Made by a program: the position numbers and the translations under genes
Source: Cupriavidus necator
Lineage (GTDB): Bacteria > Pseudomonadota > Gammaproteobacteria > Burkholderiales > Burkholderiaceae
Direction: 5' to 3'
Assembly (NCBI RefSeq): GCF_016127575.1
Contig: NZ_CP066018.1
Coordinates: 4,017,937-4,049,936, forward strand
Length of the DNA stretch: 32,000 nucleotides
Notes under the pieces: generated by a model
Told to the model about the DNA's origin: nothing
Seen by the model: only the letters and a program-made list of their open reading frames with translations
Databases searched by the model: none
Shown: piece by piece, positions 15,917-25,408 of the stretch
Layout: the number at the start of each line of letters is the position of its first letter
Position numbering within the stretch: position 1 is the first letter of the stretch

Positions 15917-16753
15917 TTATTTTAGGTTTGAAGTATATGCGTTTATATGCCGAACCGCGGCCAACGTCAACGGATCTTTTTGGTCGCGATGTGGCGAATG
16001 TCCACATCGCGCGAGTTTAAGCAAGGTGGTCTGGGGGGCATATCGATGGATACCCTCGATCTGCGCCATGGTGCCGTATTCGTCGTCCTCGCCCTGCACC
16101 GCCAGTACCGGGCAGCGCAGCCCGGACAGCAGCGGACGCAGGTCCCACTGACGGAATTCGGGGTCGAGCCAGATATCGTTCCAGCCCCAGAAGGCCGAAT
16201 CGACGTCGTCATGATGGCGCGCCAGCCGCTGGCGCAAGTCGGTTTCCAGGTAAGCCTGGCGCGTGCCCGCGATGCTGCGCACCGACAGATCTTCCACCAC
16301 GATATGCGGCGCCAGCACAATGATGCCGGCAACCGCCTGCGGAAAGCTGGCGGCGTGGATCAGCGCGATCGAGCCGCCGTCGCTGTGGCCCAGCAGCCAG
16401 GGCATGCCATGCGCGCGGCCGGGACCGATGTCGAGCGCGTCGAACAATGCGGGCATCGCCTCGCGTGCCTGGCGATGCATGAAGTCGGGACGCCATTTTT
16501 CCTCGTGCGGCCGCGGCGTCGAACGTCCGTAGCCATAGCGCGAGAACACCAGGCCGCGATAGTCGCCGGCTTCGCAAAATTCGCGCGGAAAATCGCGCCA
16601 CATGCTGACCGAGCCCAGCCCCTCATGCAGGAACACCACCAGCGGGCGCCGCGCGCGTTCAGGCCGCAGCCACTGGTACTCGATCCGGATACGGCGGTTG
16701 TCGAAGGGAATTTCCACCAGGCTGCTTTGCATGGGCACGTTGTTGTCTTGCAT
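15917..16753 (-). CDS. Alpha/beta-fold hydrolase
   Basis: 278 aa. It has an HEGLGS oxyanion region, the nucleophile elbow GHSDGG and a C-terminal CGHSPH His. It sits between bclA and the ABC importer on the same strand. Confidence 0.85.
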   Translation of the reverse strand: MQDNNVPMQSSLVEIPFDNRRIRIEYQWLRPERARRPLVVFLHEGLGSVSMWRDFPREFCEAGDYRGLVFSRYGYGRSTPRPHEEKWRPDFMHRQAREAMPALFDALDIGPGRAHGMPWLLGHSDGGSIALIHAASFPQAVAGIIVLAPHIVVEDLSVRSIAGTRQAYLETDLRQRLARHHDDVDSAFWGWNDIWLDPEFRQWDLRPLLSGLRCPVLAVQGEDDEYGTMAQIEGIHRYAPQTTLLKLARCGHSPHRDQKDPLTLAAVRHINAYTSNLK

Positions 16754-16788
16754 CGGTTCAGAAGGGATATCCGGCGGTTACGGGCGCT

Positions 16789-18453
16789 TCATTGCGCCGC
16801 CTCCCGCGCGGCCTGCTCGCGCTGGCGCAGGCGGAAGCGCTGGATCTTGCCGGTCGCGGTCTTGGGCAGTTCGGGCACGCATTCGATCTGGCGCGGGTAC
16901 TTGTACGGCGCGAGGCGCGACTTGATAAAGGCCTGCAGTTCCGCCGCCATGCCGTCATGCCATTGCTGGCCGGGCCGCAGCACGACAAAGGCCTTGGGCT
17001 TGACCAGTTCGTCGGCATCCGTGACGCCGATCACCGCCGCCTCCAGCACGGCCGGGTGCTGCGCCAGCGCGGCCTCGACCTCGAACGGCGACACGTAGAT
17101 GCCGCCGACCTTGAGCATGTCGTCGCTGCGGCCGGCATAGGTGTAGTAGCCATCGGCATCGCACAGGTACTTGTCGCCGCTGCGCGTCCACTCCCCGACA
17201 AAGGTATCGCGGCTCTTGTCGCGGTTGCACCAGTACATCAGCGCGGCACTGGGGCCCTTGATATAGAGGTCGCCGATCTCGCCGGGCGCGCACGGCTCGC
17301 CGCGCTCGTCCAGCAGCTTCAGCGCGTAGCCTGGCACCGGCTTGCCGGTGGTACCGTAGCGCACCTCACCCGGCCGGTTCGACAGGAAGATATGCAGCAT
17401 CTCGGTGGAGCCGATGCCATCCAGGATGTCGCAGCCGAAATGCGCCAGGAAGCGTTCGCCGATATCGCGCGGCAGGGCCTCGCCGGCAGAGGTGCATACG
17501 CGCAACGCCACCTCGGCGCGCGGCGGCAGCTCAGGCGCCGCCAGCATGCCCGCAAACAGCGTGGGCACGCCGCAGAACACCGTGGGCCGCTGCTCGCGCA
17601 GCCGCCTGAACACGGCCGCCGGCGTGGGCCGTTCGGCCATCAGCACGGTGGTGGCGCCGACCGACATCGGAAAGGTCAGCGCATTGCCCAGCCCGTAGGC
17701 AAAGAACAGCTTGGCGGCCGAGAACACTACGTCGTCCTCGCGGATGCCCAGCACCTGGCGGGCATACAGGTCAGCCGTATGGAACAGGTTGCCATGCGTG
17801 TGCACGGTGCCCTTGGGCCGTCCGGTCGAGCCCGACGAATACAGCCAGAACGCCATGTCGTCCGGGCCGCTGCGCACGGCCTGCGCGGGAGAACGCGTGC
17901 GCGCCAGCATCGCGCCCACGCTGCATGCCGGCGCGCCGTCGGCATGCGGCGCCGCCTGGATCACCATCGGCGCCAGCCCGCTCTTGTCGATGGCGGCCTT
18001 CATCACCGGCAGCAGCGGCTCCGACACCACCACGGCGCGCGCGCCGCTGTGGCCAAGCATGTAGGCGTAATCGTCCGCGGTCAGCAGGGTATTGACCGCC
18101 ACCGGCACCACGCCCGCCAGCAGGCAGCCGAGAAATACCGTGGGGAAATCAATGGTATCGAGCGCGCACAGCAGCAGCCGCTCTTCCTGGCGCAAGCCCG
18201 CGTCGCGCAGCGCGCCGGCAAAGCGGCGGGCACGGGCATCGAGCTCGGCGTAAGTCAGCGAGGCGGTGTCGTCGATGTAGGCTGTCCTGGCCCCGCGCCC
18301 GGCCGCGAGATTGCGCGACAGCAGGTCCTCGGCGGCGTTGTAGCAGGTGGGCAGTGCCGCCACGGCATCGGTAGCGGGTGGAACAGCCGGCGGCACGGGC
18401 GATGCTGCCGCTGGCATGCCGGCGGCGGTATTGGGGGGCGTCATTGTCTCCAC
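16789..18453 (-). CDS. bclA: Benzoate-CoA ligase (AMP-forming)
   Basis: 554 aa. AMP-binding motifs are LYSSGSTGRPKG, YGTTGKPVPGY, GDKY and PKTATGKIQR. The gene is divergent from boxR-boxCBA. Confidence 0.9.
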   Translation of the reverse strand: METMTPPNTAAGMPAAASPVPPAVPPATDAVAALPTCYNAAEDLLSRNLAAGRGARTAYIDDTASLTYAELDARARRFAGALRDAGLRQEERLLLCALDTIDFPTVFLGCLLAGVVPVAVNTLLTADDYAYMLGHSGARAVVVSEPLLPVMKAAIDKSGLAPMVIQAAPHADGAPACSVGAMLARTRSPAQAVRSGPDDMAFWLYSSGSTGRPKGTVHTHGNLFHTADLYARQVLGIREDDVVFSAAKLFFAYGLGNALTFPMSVGATTVLMAERPTPAAVFRRLREQRPTVFCGVPTLFAGMLAAPELPPRAEVALRVCTSAGEALPRDIGERFLAHFGCDILDGIGSTEMLHIFLSNRPGEVRYGTTGKPVPGYALKLLDERGEPCAPGEIGDLYIKGPSAALMYWCNRDKSRDTFVGEWTRSGDKYLCDADGYYTYAGRSDDMLKVGGIYVSPFEVEAALAQHPAVLEAAVIGVTDADELVKPKAFVVLRPGQQWHDGMAAELQAFIKSRLAPYKYPRQIECVPELPKTATGKIQRFRLRQREQAAREAAQ

Positions 18454-18558
18454 TCCTTGGGGTCGCGCCGCGGGCCATGGGCGCCGCGCCAGCGTCAGTC
18501 CAGTCGCTGTTCTGCTTGCCGATGTCCGCCAACGTGCATGCCGGCATCCGCTTGTTGA

Positions 18559-18607
18559 TGCATTTTATTTCATATCAACTATTATGCAAGCGAGGGGATG
18601 CACTATA
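18559..18607. promoter_or_regulatory. TGCA-repeat operator-like region (BoxR/BzdR type) in the bclA-boxR divergent promoter region
   Basis: An AT-rich patch carries TGCA at 18559, 18585 and 18599. The 9-mer TGCACTATA (18599-18607) is identical to the one at 19722-19730. A TATAAT at 18666-18671 is a likely boxR -10. Confidence 0.4.
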
Positions 18608-18712
18608 GGACAGGCTTTATCGAAGCGACTGCCTGCCGCGCCACTTGGCTCACCAAGGCTGCTCGTATAATGCGCCCTTGCTTTTTCTGCCGGTCAACCC
18701 GAAACCACCACC

Positions 18713-19654
18713 ATGCGCCGCGATCCCGCCCCGCTGCCCGCCAACGAGACCGAAGCCGACACGCGCCCCGCCGGGGATGCGCCCGCAGCCGCCAACGCCG
18801 AGCGCGACCCCTACCTGACCCTGCTGGGCGAGCGCATCCGTTCGCTGCGGGCCTCGCGCGGCATGTCGCGCAAGGACCTGGCGCGCGGCGCCGGCGTGTC
18901 CGAGCGCTACCTGGCCAACCTGGAAACCGGCACCGGCAATGCGTCGGTGCTGCTGCTGCGCCAGGTGGCGCGCGCGCTCGACGTGCCGCTGCCGGTGGTG
19001 CTGGCCGAAGTGGACGGCCTGAACGGCGAGCAGGCCACCGAGTTTGCGCAGATGGTGCAATGGCTGGCGCAGTTGCCCGCGGGCGACCTGGCGCGCGTGC
19101 GTGAAGCCTGCCGCCATGCACTGGCCCCCGCAGAGTCCGGCGATGCGCGCCACCGCCGCATCGCGCTGATCGGCCTGCGCGGCGCCGGCAAGTCGACCCT
19201 GGGCCGCGCGCTGGCAGCGGCCAGGGACGTGCCCTTTGTCGAACTGAACACCGTGATCGAGCAGGAGGCCGGCGCCAGCCTGTCGGAAATCCATTCGCTC
19301 TACGGCCAGGCGGCCTACCGCCGCTACGAAATGCGCGCGCTGGAACGCACCCTGCGCGAGCACGACCGCCTGGTGCTGGCCACGCCGGGCAGCCTGGTCT
19401 CTGAACCCGCCACCTTCAACCTGCTGCTGTCGCAGTGCTACACCATCTGGGTGCGCACCTCGCCGGAGGAACACATGGCGCGCGTGGTGGCCCAGGGCGA
19501 CATGCGGCCGATGGAAGGCAACCGCGAGGCCATGGCCGACCTGCGCCGCATCCTGCAGGCTCGCGCGCCGCTCTATGACCGCGCCGATATCTCGATCGAC
19601 ACCAGCGGCCAGGACGCCGCCACCTCGCTGCAACAATTGCGCGCCCAGCTCTAG
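18713..19654 (+). CDS. boxR: BoxR/BzdR-type regulator (XRE HTH fused to a shikimate-kinase-like domain)
   Basis: 313 aa. The HTH is LGERIRSLRASRGMSRKDLARGAGVSERYLANLETGTGNASVLLL. The P-loop is IALIGLRGAGKSTLG. The shikimate-kinase-like C-terminal half carries a DR-motif-like YDRAD. Confidence 0.9.
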   Translation: MRRDPAPLPANETEADTRPAGDAPAAANAERDPYLTLLGERIRSLRASRGMSRKDLARGAGVSERYLANLETGTGNASVLLLRQVARALDVPLPVVLAEVDGLNGEQATEFAQMVQWLAQLPAGDLARVREACRHALAPAESGDARHRRIALIGLRGAGKSTLGRALAAARDVPFVELNTVIEQEAGASLSEIHSLYGQAAYRRYEMRALERTLREHDRLVLATPGSLVSEPATFNLLLSQCYTIWVRTSPEEHMARVVAQGDMRPMEGNREAMADLRRILQARAPLYDRADISIDTSGQDAATSLQQLRAQL

Positions 19655-19721
19655 GCCGCCGGCGCGTGACTACCCCGCCGGCCGCGCGCGGGTGACAAAG
19701 ACATTGCGCCAGCCGTCTCCA

Positions 19722-19762
19722 TGCACTATATTTCATCAAAAGCCGCAAGGCACTATAGTGCA
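19722..19762. promoter_or_regulatory. BoxR operator-like inverted repeat TGCACTATA-N23-TATAGTGCA directly upstream of boxC
   Basis: TGCACTATA lies at 19722-19730 and TATAGTGCA at 19754-19762. GCACTATAGTGC (19750-19761) is a perfect 12-bp palindrome. The site ends 15 nt before the boxC ATG and overlaps the SD region. Confidence 0.5.
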
Positions 19763-19776
19763 CTCAGGAGACAGCC

Positions 19777-21480
19777 ATGTCCGCGCCGGCAACCGCCCCA
19801 CTGCGTCCTGACCAGTCAGCCGCCCCGTCAGACGCACCCATCACCTTCGAGCGTCATCCCGACCAGTATCGCCACTGGAAACTGAGTTTCGACGGCCCCG
19901 TCGCCACGCTGGCGATGGACGTCGACGAGGAAGGCGGACTGCGCCCCGGCTACGCGCTGAAACTCAATTCCTACGACCTTGGCGTCGATATCGAACTGCA
20001 CGACGCGCTCCAGCGCATCCGCTTCGAGCACCCCGAAGTGCGCACCGTGGTGCTGACCAGCGCGCGCGACCGCATCTTCTGCTCGGGCGCCAATATCTTC
20101 ATGCTGGGGCTGTCGTCGCATGCGTGGAAGGTCAACTTCTGCAAGTTCACCAACGAGACCCGCAATGCCATCGAGGATGCCAGCCGGCACTCAGGGCTGA
20201 AGTTCATTGCCGCCTGCAACGGCACCACCGCCGGCGGCGGCTATGAACTGGCGCTGGCGTGCGACGAGATCGTGCTGGTCGATGACCGCTCGTCCGCGGT
20301 AAGCCTGCCCGAGGTGCCGCTGCTGGGCGTGCTGCCCGGCACCGGCGGCCTGACCCGCGTGACCGACAAGCGCCACGTGCGCCGCGACCACGCGGATATC
20401 TTCTGCACCACCACGGAAGGCGTGCGCGGCCAGCGCGCCAAGGACTGGAAGCTGGTTGACGAAGTGGTCAAGCCGGCGCGCTTTGCCGAGCATATCGCCG
20501 AGCGCGCGGCGGCGCTGGCGGCCACCAGTGACCGGCCGCAGGGCCACCACGGCATCACGCTGACACCGCTGTCGCGCACCATCGAGCCCGACGGCTACCG
20601 CTACGAGACCGTGCGCGTGCATGTCGATGCCGCGACGCGCAAGGCCACGCTGACCGTATTCGGGCCCGACAAGCACCAGCCCGCGGATCTCGCCGGCGTG
20701 GTCGCGGCCGGCGCGCAATGGTGGCCGCTGAAGATGGCGCGCGAGCTTGACGACGCCATCCTGACGCTGCGCGCCAACCATCTGGATATCGGCATCTGGG
20801 TGCTCAAGACCGATGGCGACGCGGCCGCGGTGCTGGCCGCCGATGCGCTGCTGCAGGCGCATGCCGGCCACTGGTTCGTGCGCGAGACCATCGGCATGCT
20901 GCGCCGCACGCTGGCGCGGCTGGATGTATCGTCGCGCAGCCTGATCGCGCTGATCGAAGCCGATTCCTGCTTTGCCGGCACGCTGCTGGAACTGGCGCTC
21001 GCCGCCGACCGCAGCTACATGCTGCACCTGCCCGACGCCCCGGACGACGCACCGCGCGTGTTCGTCTCCGCGCTCAACTTCGGCCACTATCCCATGCCCA
21101 ACGGGCAAACCCGGCTGGCGGCGCGCTTCTATGGCGACGAGGCCGCGCTCACGGCGGTGCGCGAGCACATCGGTGCGCCGCTGGATGCGCTCAGCGCCGA
21201 TTCGCTCGGGCTGATCACCGCCGCGCCCGACGATATCGACTGGGAGGACGAAATCCGCATCGCCCTGGAAGAACGCGCCAGCCTGTCGCCGGATGCACTG
21301 ACCGGGATGGAAGCCAATTTGCGCTTCGGCGGCGCCGAGACCATGGAAACGCGCATCTTCGGCCGCCTGACCGCGTGGCAGAACTGGATCTTCCAGCGCC
21401 CCAACGCCGTCGGCGAGAACGGCGCGCTGAAGGTCTTCGGCACCGGCAACAAGGCACGCTTCGACTGGGACCGGGTGTAA
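19777..21480 (+). CDS. boxC: 2,3-epoxybenzoyl-CoA dihydrolase (benzoyl-CoA-dihydrodiol lyase) BoxC
   Basis: 567 aa. It has an N-terminal crotonase fold (VVLTSARDRIFCSGANI, GGGYELALACD) and a BoxC-specific C-terminal half. The SD is AGGAGA. It is adjacent to boxB and boxA. Confidence 0.93.
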   Translation: MSAPATAPLRPDQSAAPSDAPITFERHPDQYRHWKLSFDGPVATLAMDVDEEGGLRPGYALKLNSYDLGVDIELHDALQRIRFEHPEVRTVVLTSARDRIFCSGANIFMLGLSSHAWKVNFCKFTNETRNAIEDASRHSGLKFIAACNGTTAGGGYELALACDEIVLVDDRSSAVSLPEVPLLGVLPGTGGLTRVTDKRHVRRDHADIFCTTTEGVRGQRAKDWKLVDEVVKPARFAEHIAERAAALAATSDRPQGHHGITLTPLSRTIEPDGYRYETVRVHVDAATRKATLTVFGPDKHQPADLAGVVAAGAQWWPLKMARELDDAILTLRANHLDIGIWVLKTDGDAAAVLAADALLQAHAGHWFVRETIGMLRRTLARLDVSSRSLIALIEADSCFAGTLLELALAADRSYMLHLPDAPDDAPRVFVSALNFGHYPMPNGQTRLAARFYGDEAALTAVREHIGAPLDALSADSLGLITAAPDDIDWEDEIRIALEERASLSPDALTGMEANLRFGGAETMETRIFGRLTAWQNWIFQRPNAVGENGALKVFGTGNKARFDWDRV

Positions 21481-21499
21481 GACAACAAGGAGACAGCAC

Positions 21500-22924
21500 G
21501 TGAGCATCGACTACAGCCAGAAGATCCCCAACAACGTCAACCTGTCCGACGACCGTGCGCTGCAGCGCGCGCTGGAACACTGGCAACCGGCGTTCCTCGA
21601 CTGGTGGCGCGACATGGGGCCGGACGGCTCGCACAGCTTCGATGTCTACCTGCGCACCGCGGTGTCGGTCGATCCATCGGGCTGGGCGCACTTCGACCAC
21701 GTCAAGATGCCGGACTACCGCTGGGGCATCTTCCTGCAGCCGGCCGACCCCGAGCGCAGGATCCACTTCGGCGAGCACAAGGGCGAAGCCGCCTGGCAAG
21801 ACGTGCCGGGCGAGCACCGCGCCAACCTGCGCCGCATCATCGTGACGCAGGGCGACACCGAGCCCGCCTCGGTCGAGCAGCAGCGCCACCTGGGCCTGAC
21901 CGCGCCGAGCCTGTACGACCTGCGTAACCTGTTCCAGGTCAATGTGGAGGAAGGCCGCCACCTGTGGGCGATGGTGTACCTGCTGCACCGCTATTTCGGC
22001 CGCGACGGCCGCGAGGAAGCCGAGGCGCTGCTGGAGCGCCGCTCCGGCGACCAGGACAACCCGCGCATCCTCGGCGCCTTCAACGAGCGCACACCGGACT
22101 GGCTGGCGTTCTTCATGTTCACCTACTTCACCGACCGCGACGGCAAGTTCCAGCTGTGCGCGCTGGCCGAATCCGGCTTCGATCCTCTGGCGCGCACCAC
22201 GCGCTTCATGCTGACCGAGGAAGCGCACCACATGTTCGTGGGTGAATCGGGCGTGTCGCGCGTGCTCCAGCGCACCTGCGAGGTGATGCGCGAACGCGGC
22301 ATCGAAGACCCCGCCGAAGTGCGCGCCGCCGGGGTGATCGACCTGGAGACCATCCAGCGCTACCTGAACTTCCACTACAGCGTCACCATCGACCTGTTCG
22401 GCGCCGACCAGTCGTCCAACGCCGCCACCTTCTACAGCGCCGGCCTGAAGGGCCGCTTCGAGGAAGGCAAGCGCGCCGACGACCACGTGCTCAAGAGCGA
22501 TGTCTACCGCGTGCTGGAAGTGCGCGACGGGCACCTGGGCGAGCGCGAGGTGCCGATGCTCAATGCGCTCAATGAAGTGCTGCGCGACGACTACATCAAG
22601 GACAGCTTGGGCGGCGTGGCGCGCTGGAACAAGGTCATCGAAAAGGCCGGCATCGCATTCCGCCTGACCGTGCCGCACAAGGCCTTCAATCGCAAGATCG
22701 GCACGCTGGCCAATGTGCATGTCTCGCCCGAGGGCCAGCTGATTTCCGAAGCGGAATGGCAGGCTAACGAACGCAAGTGGCTGGCCACCGACGAAGACCG
22801 CGCCTTTGTTGCCTCGCTGATGGGCCGCGTGGTGGAGCCCGGCAAGTACGCCAACTGGATCGCGCCTCCGGCGGTGGGCATCAACCGCCAGCCGATGGAT
22901 TTCGAGTACGTGCGTTTCAACTGA
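21500..22924 (+). CDS. boxB: Benzoyl-CoA 2,3-epoxidase (oxygenase) subunit B, di-iron
   Basis: The start is GTG 21500 after AAGGAGA. The N-terminus SIDYSQKIPNNVNLSDDRALQRALEHWQP matches my recollection of the Azoarcus BoxB N-terminus. Di-iron ligand motifs are EEGRHLW and EEAHHMF. Confidence 0.95.
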   Translation: MSIDYSQKIPNNVNLSDDRALQRALEHWQPAFLDWWRDMGPDGSHSFDVYLRTAVSVDPSGWAHFDHVKMPDYRWGIFLQPADPERRIHFGEHKGEAAWQDVPGEHRANLRRIIVTQGDTEPASVEQQRHLGLTAPSLYDLRNLFQVNVEEGRHLWAMVYLLHRYFGRDGREEAEALLERRSGDQDNPRILGAFNERTPDWLAFFMFTYFTDRDGKFQLCALAESGFDPLARTTRFMLTEEAHHMFVGESGVSRVLQRTCEVMRERGIEDPAEVRAAGVIDLETIQRYLNFHYSVTIDLFGADQSSNAATFYSAGLKGRFEEGKRADDHVLKSDVYRVLEVRDGHLGEREVPMLNALNEVLRDDYIKDSLGGVARWNKVIEKAGIAFRLTVPHKAFNRKIGTLANVHVSPEGQLISEAEWQANERKWLATDEDRAFVASLMGRVVEPGKYANWIAPPAVGINRQPMDFEYVRFN

Positions 22925-22966
22925 ACCAGAAGCACAGGACAGGCCAGGAGCCACCGGAGACACGCC

Positions 22967-24217
22967 ATGGGCGCCCCCGACATCATCAAGCAGCACCTGA
23001 TCGATCCGGAAATCTGCATCCGCTGCAATACCTGCGAGGACACCTGTCCGATCGACGCCATCACCCACGACGACCGCAACTACGTGGTCAGGGCGGACGT
23101 GTGCAACGGCTGCAACGCCTGCCTGTCGCCCTGTCCGACCGGAGCCATCGACAACTGGCGCACCATGCTGCGCGGCCAGGCCTACCCGATCGAGGCGCAA
23201 CTGCTGTGGGACGAGTTGCCGGCCGAGGTGCCGCTGCCGGAACTGGCCGACCTGGGCGAGGCGCCGCAGGCAACCCTCGGCACCGGCACGGCAAGCGGCG
23301 CCGCACCCGACGCCGCCATCCAGTCCGTGGAAACCAGCCGCCACACCTCGCCGCGTGCGCCGTGGTCGGCGGCCCATCCCTATGTGAACCTGCATGGCGT
23401 GCGCGCGCCGGTCACGGCGACCGTGGCCGGCAACTACCGGCTGACCGCAGAAGACGCATCCAGCGACATCCACCATATCGTGCTGGATTTCGGCACGCAC
23501 TTCTTCCCGATCCTGGAAGGCCAGTCGATCGGCATCGTGCCGCCCGGCACGGATGCGTCGGGCAAGCCGCACTACATTCGCATGTACTCGGTGGCCAGCC
23601 CGCGCGACGGCGAGCGCCCGGGCTACAACAACCTGGCGCTGACCGTCAAACGGGTCGACCAGGACCACGATGGCAAGCCGGTGCGGGGCGTCGCGTCCAA
23701 CTACCTGTGCGACCTGGCCAAGGGCGACAGCGTACACGTGGTGGGCCCGTTCGGATCGACCTTCCTGATGCCCAACCATGCCGAGGCCAGCATCATGATG
23801 ATCTGCACCGGCACGGGCTCAGCCCCGATGCGCGCCATGACCGAGCGCATGCGCCGCAACATGGCGCACTTCGGCGGGCGCCGGCAGCTGTTCTTCGGTG
23901 CGCGCAACGCCAACGAACTGCCCTACTTCGGCCCACTGCTGAAGCTGCCCAAGGATTTCCTCGACATCCATTTCGCCTTCTCGCGCGATCCCGCCGCGCC
24001 GCGCCGCTACGTGCAGGACGCGATCCGCGAAGCCGCTGACAGCGTCGCCGCGCTGCTGGCCGATCCCAACGGCCATGTCTATATCTGCGGACTGAAGGGC
24101 ATGGAGGCAGGCGTGCTCGAGGCATTCGAAGCGGTGTGCGCCGGCTCCGGGCACGCGTGGCCCGAGATCGAGGCCGCAATGAAGGCGGAGGGCCGGCTTC
24201 ATATCGAGACCTACTGA
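22967..24217 (+). CDS. boxA: Benzoyl-CoA 2,3-epoxidase reductase subunit A (2x[4Fe-4S] ferredoxin + FNR-like domain)
   Basis: Cys clusters are [12 protein letters not shown] and [13 protein letters not shown] linker follows, then an FAD/NADPH module ([23 protein letters not shown]-like YICGLKGM). Confidence 0.95.
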   Translation: MGAPDIIKQHLIDPEICIRCNTCEDTCPIDAITHDDRNYVVRADVCNGCNACLSPCPTGAIDNWRTMLRGQAYPIEAQLLWDELPAEVPLPELADLGEAPQATLGTGTASGAAPDAAIQSVETSRHTSPRAPWSAAHPYVNLHGVRAPVTATVAGNYRLTAEDASSDIHHIVLDFGTHFFPILEGQSIGIVPPGTDASGKPHYIRMYSVASPRDGERPGYNNLALTVKRVDQDHDGKPVRGVASNYLCDLAKGDSVHVVGPFGSTFLMPNHAEASIMMICTGTGSAPMRAMTERMRRNMAHFGGRRQLFFGARNANELPYFGPLLKLPKDFLDIHFAFSRDPAAPRRYVQDAIREAADSVAALLADPNGHVYICGLKGMEAGVLEAFEAVCAGSGHAWPEIEAAMKAEGRLHIETY

Positions 24218-24256
24218 CGCTGCCGTAGTTTACTGGTTTTTCAGCAATCGCTTCCC

Positions 24257-24288
24257 TTCTGAAAGGCATCACCTATAATATTTCTGAA
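24257..24288 (+). promoter_or_regulatory. Putative toxin-antitoxin promoter: consensus -10 TATAAT flanked by direct TTCTGAA repeats
   Basis: TATAAT lies at 24274-24279. TTCTGAA lies at 24257-24263 and 24282-24288. The -35 is weak (TTCCCT). Confidence 0.35.
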
Positions 24289-24306
24289 GAAACAGGAGTG
24301 ATGGCG

Positions 24307-24696
24307 ATGCAATCCAGGCGGATTCCGGAAACTGATCCCGCCGGCGGCCCCGACCCCGGCACCACGCTGACCAAGGCGGTGATGCGCGCCGCCGGCTTCC
24401 TCGGCATCAGCCAGGCCGTGGTGGCAAGCGTGCTGGGCATCAGCACGGCATCGGTATCGCGCATGGCATCTGGCGGCTATGTGCTCGATGCGCACCGCAA
24501 GGAGTGGGAATTCGGCGTGCTGTTCGTGCGCCTGTTCCGATCGCTCGATGCCATCCTGGGCCACGGCGACCAGGCCCGGCTATGGCTGACCAATGAAAAC
24601 CTGGCGCTGGGCGGCAAGCCCCTTGAAATGATCCGCACAACGGAAGGTCTGGTCCGTGTCGTTCACTACCTGGACGCCACCCGCGGTCGCATCTGA
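24307..24696 (+). CDS. Xre/MbcA/ParS-family antitoxin (HTH + DUF2384 toxin-binding domain)
   Basis: The HTH-like segment is LGISQAVVASVLGISTASVSRMASG. The DUF2384-like C-terminus is ARLWLTNENLALGGKPLEMIRTTEGLVRVVHYLDA. ATG 24307 sits 8 nt after the AGGAG SD. The track start at 24298 (GTG) and ATG 24301 are too close to the SD. Confidence 0.85.
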   Translation: MQSRRIPETDPAGGPDPGTTLTKAVMRAAGFLGISQAVVASVLGISTASVSRMASGGYVLDAHRKEWEFGVLFVRLFRSLDAILGHGDQARLWLTNENLALGGKPLEMIRTTEGLVRVVHYLDATRGRI

Positions 24697-25408
24697 GCGC
24701 AGGCAGTTCGCGCTCACGCTGTGGCGGGCGGTGGAGGCCCAGCACGTCGTATCCACCATGCCGCTGGTCGACAGCCTGGAAGAACAGGCTGTGCTGGAAG
24801 CCGTGCTCGACGCCGGCAAACCCGCAGTGCCCGCCGAGGCACGCCATCTGCACTACCTGCTGTTCACCCCCTTCCGCTATCCGCCCTCGCCCTGGGGCTC
24901 GCGCTTTCGCGCCAGCCAGGATCCGGGCGTGTTCTACGGCGCCAACGAGATCCGCACCGCCTGCGCCGAACTCGGCTACTGGCGCTGGCGCTTCCTCAAT
25001 GACAGCCCCGCGCTGCCGCGCATCGACGCCCGCGCGCAGACGTTGTTCGAAGTGCGCGTCGATACCTGGGGCGTGGCACTGGACACACCGCCGTTCGACC
25101 AGGACCATGCCATCTGGACCGATCCCGACCACCACGAGCCCTGCCAGGCCTTCGGGCGCATCGCGCGCGAGGCCGGCCTAGGCATGATCCGTTACACCTC
25201 CGTGCGCGATCCCCGGCATGGCCCCTGCGGCGCGGTGCTGACCCCGCACGCGTTCTCCCACCCGGCGCCGCTGGCCACCACCACCTGGATGCTGACGGTG
25301 CGCCGCGACCGCGTGATCTGGCAGCGCGACGACCTGCAGCAACGCGACAGCTTCGAGTTCGAGGCCGCGCTGTGGCAGCGCACAACCGATAGCACTGGCA
25401 CGGGCTGA
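24656..25408 (+). CDS. RES-domain toxin (MbcT/ParT family, NAD+-targeting or ADP-ribosylating)
   Basis: 250 aa with a GTG start after GGAAGG and a 41-nt overlap with the antitoxin gene. The R-E-S elements are GSRFRAS..GVFYGA, EIRTACAE and IRYTSVRD. Confidence 0.85.
   Translation: MSFTTWTPPAVASERRQFALTLWRAVEAQHVVSTMPLVDSLEEQAVLEAVLDAGKPAVPAEARHLHYLLFTPFRYPPSPWGSRFRASQDPGVFYGANEIRTACAELGYWRWRFLNDSPALPRIDARAQTLFEVRVDTWGVALDTPPFDQDHAIWTDPDHHEPCQAFGRIAREAGLGMIRYTSVRDPRHGPCGAVLTPHAFSHPAPLATTTWMLTVRRDRVIWQRDDLQQRDSFEFEAALWQRTTDSTGTG

Noticed and set aside
21215-23779. 854-aa ORF on the minus strand spanning boxC 3' end, boxB and boxA
   Set aside because: It is antisense to three genes with unmistakable homology, reads straight through two intergenic regions, and is Arg/Ala/Gly/His-rich low complexity. 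This is a classic high-GC shadow ORF.
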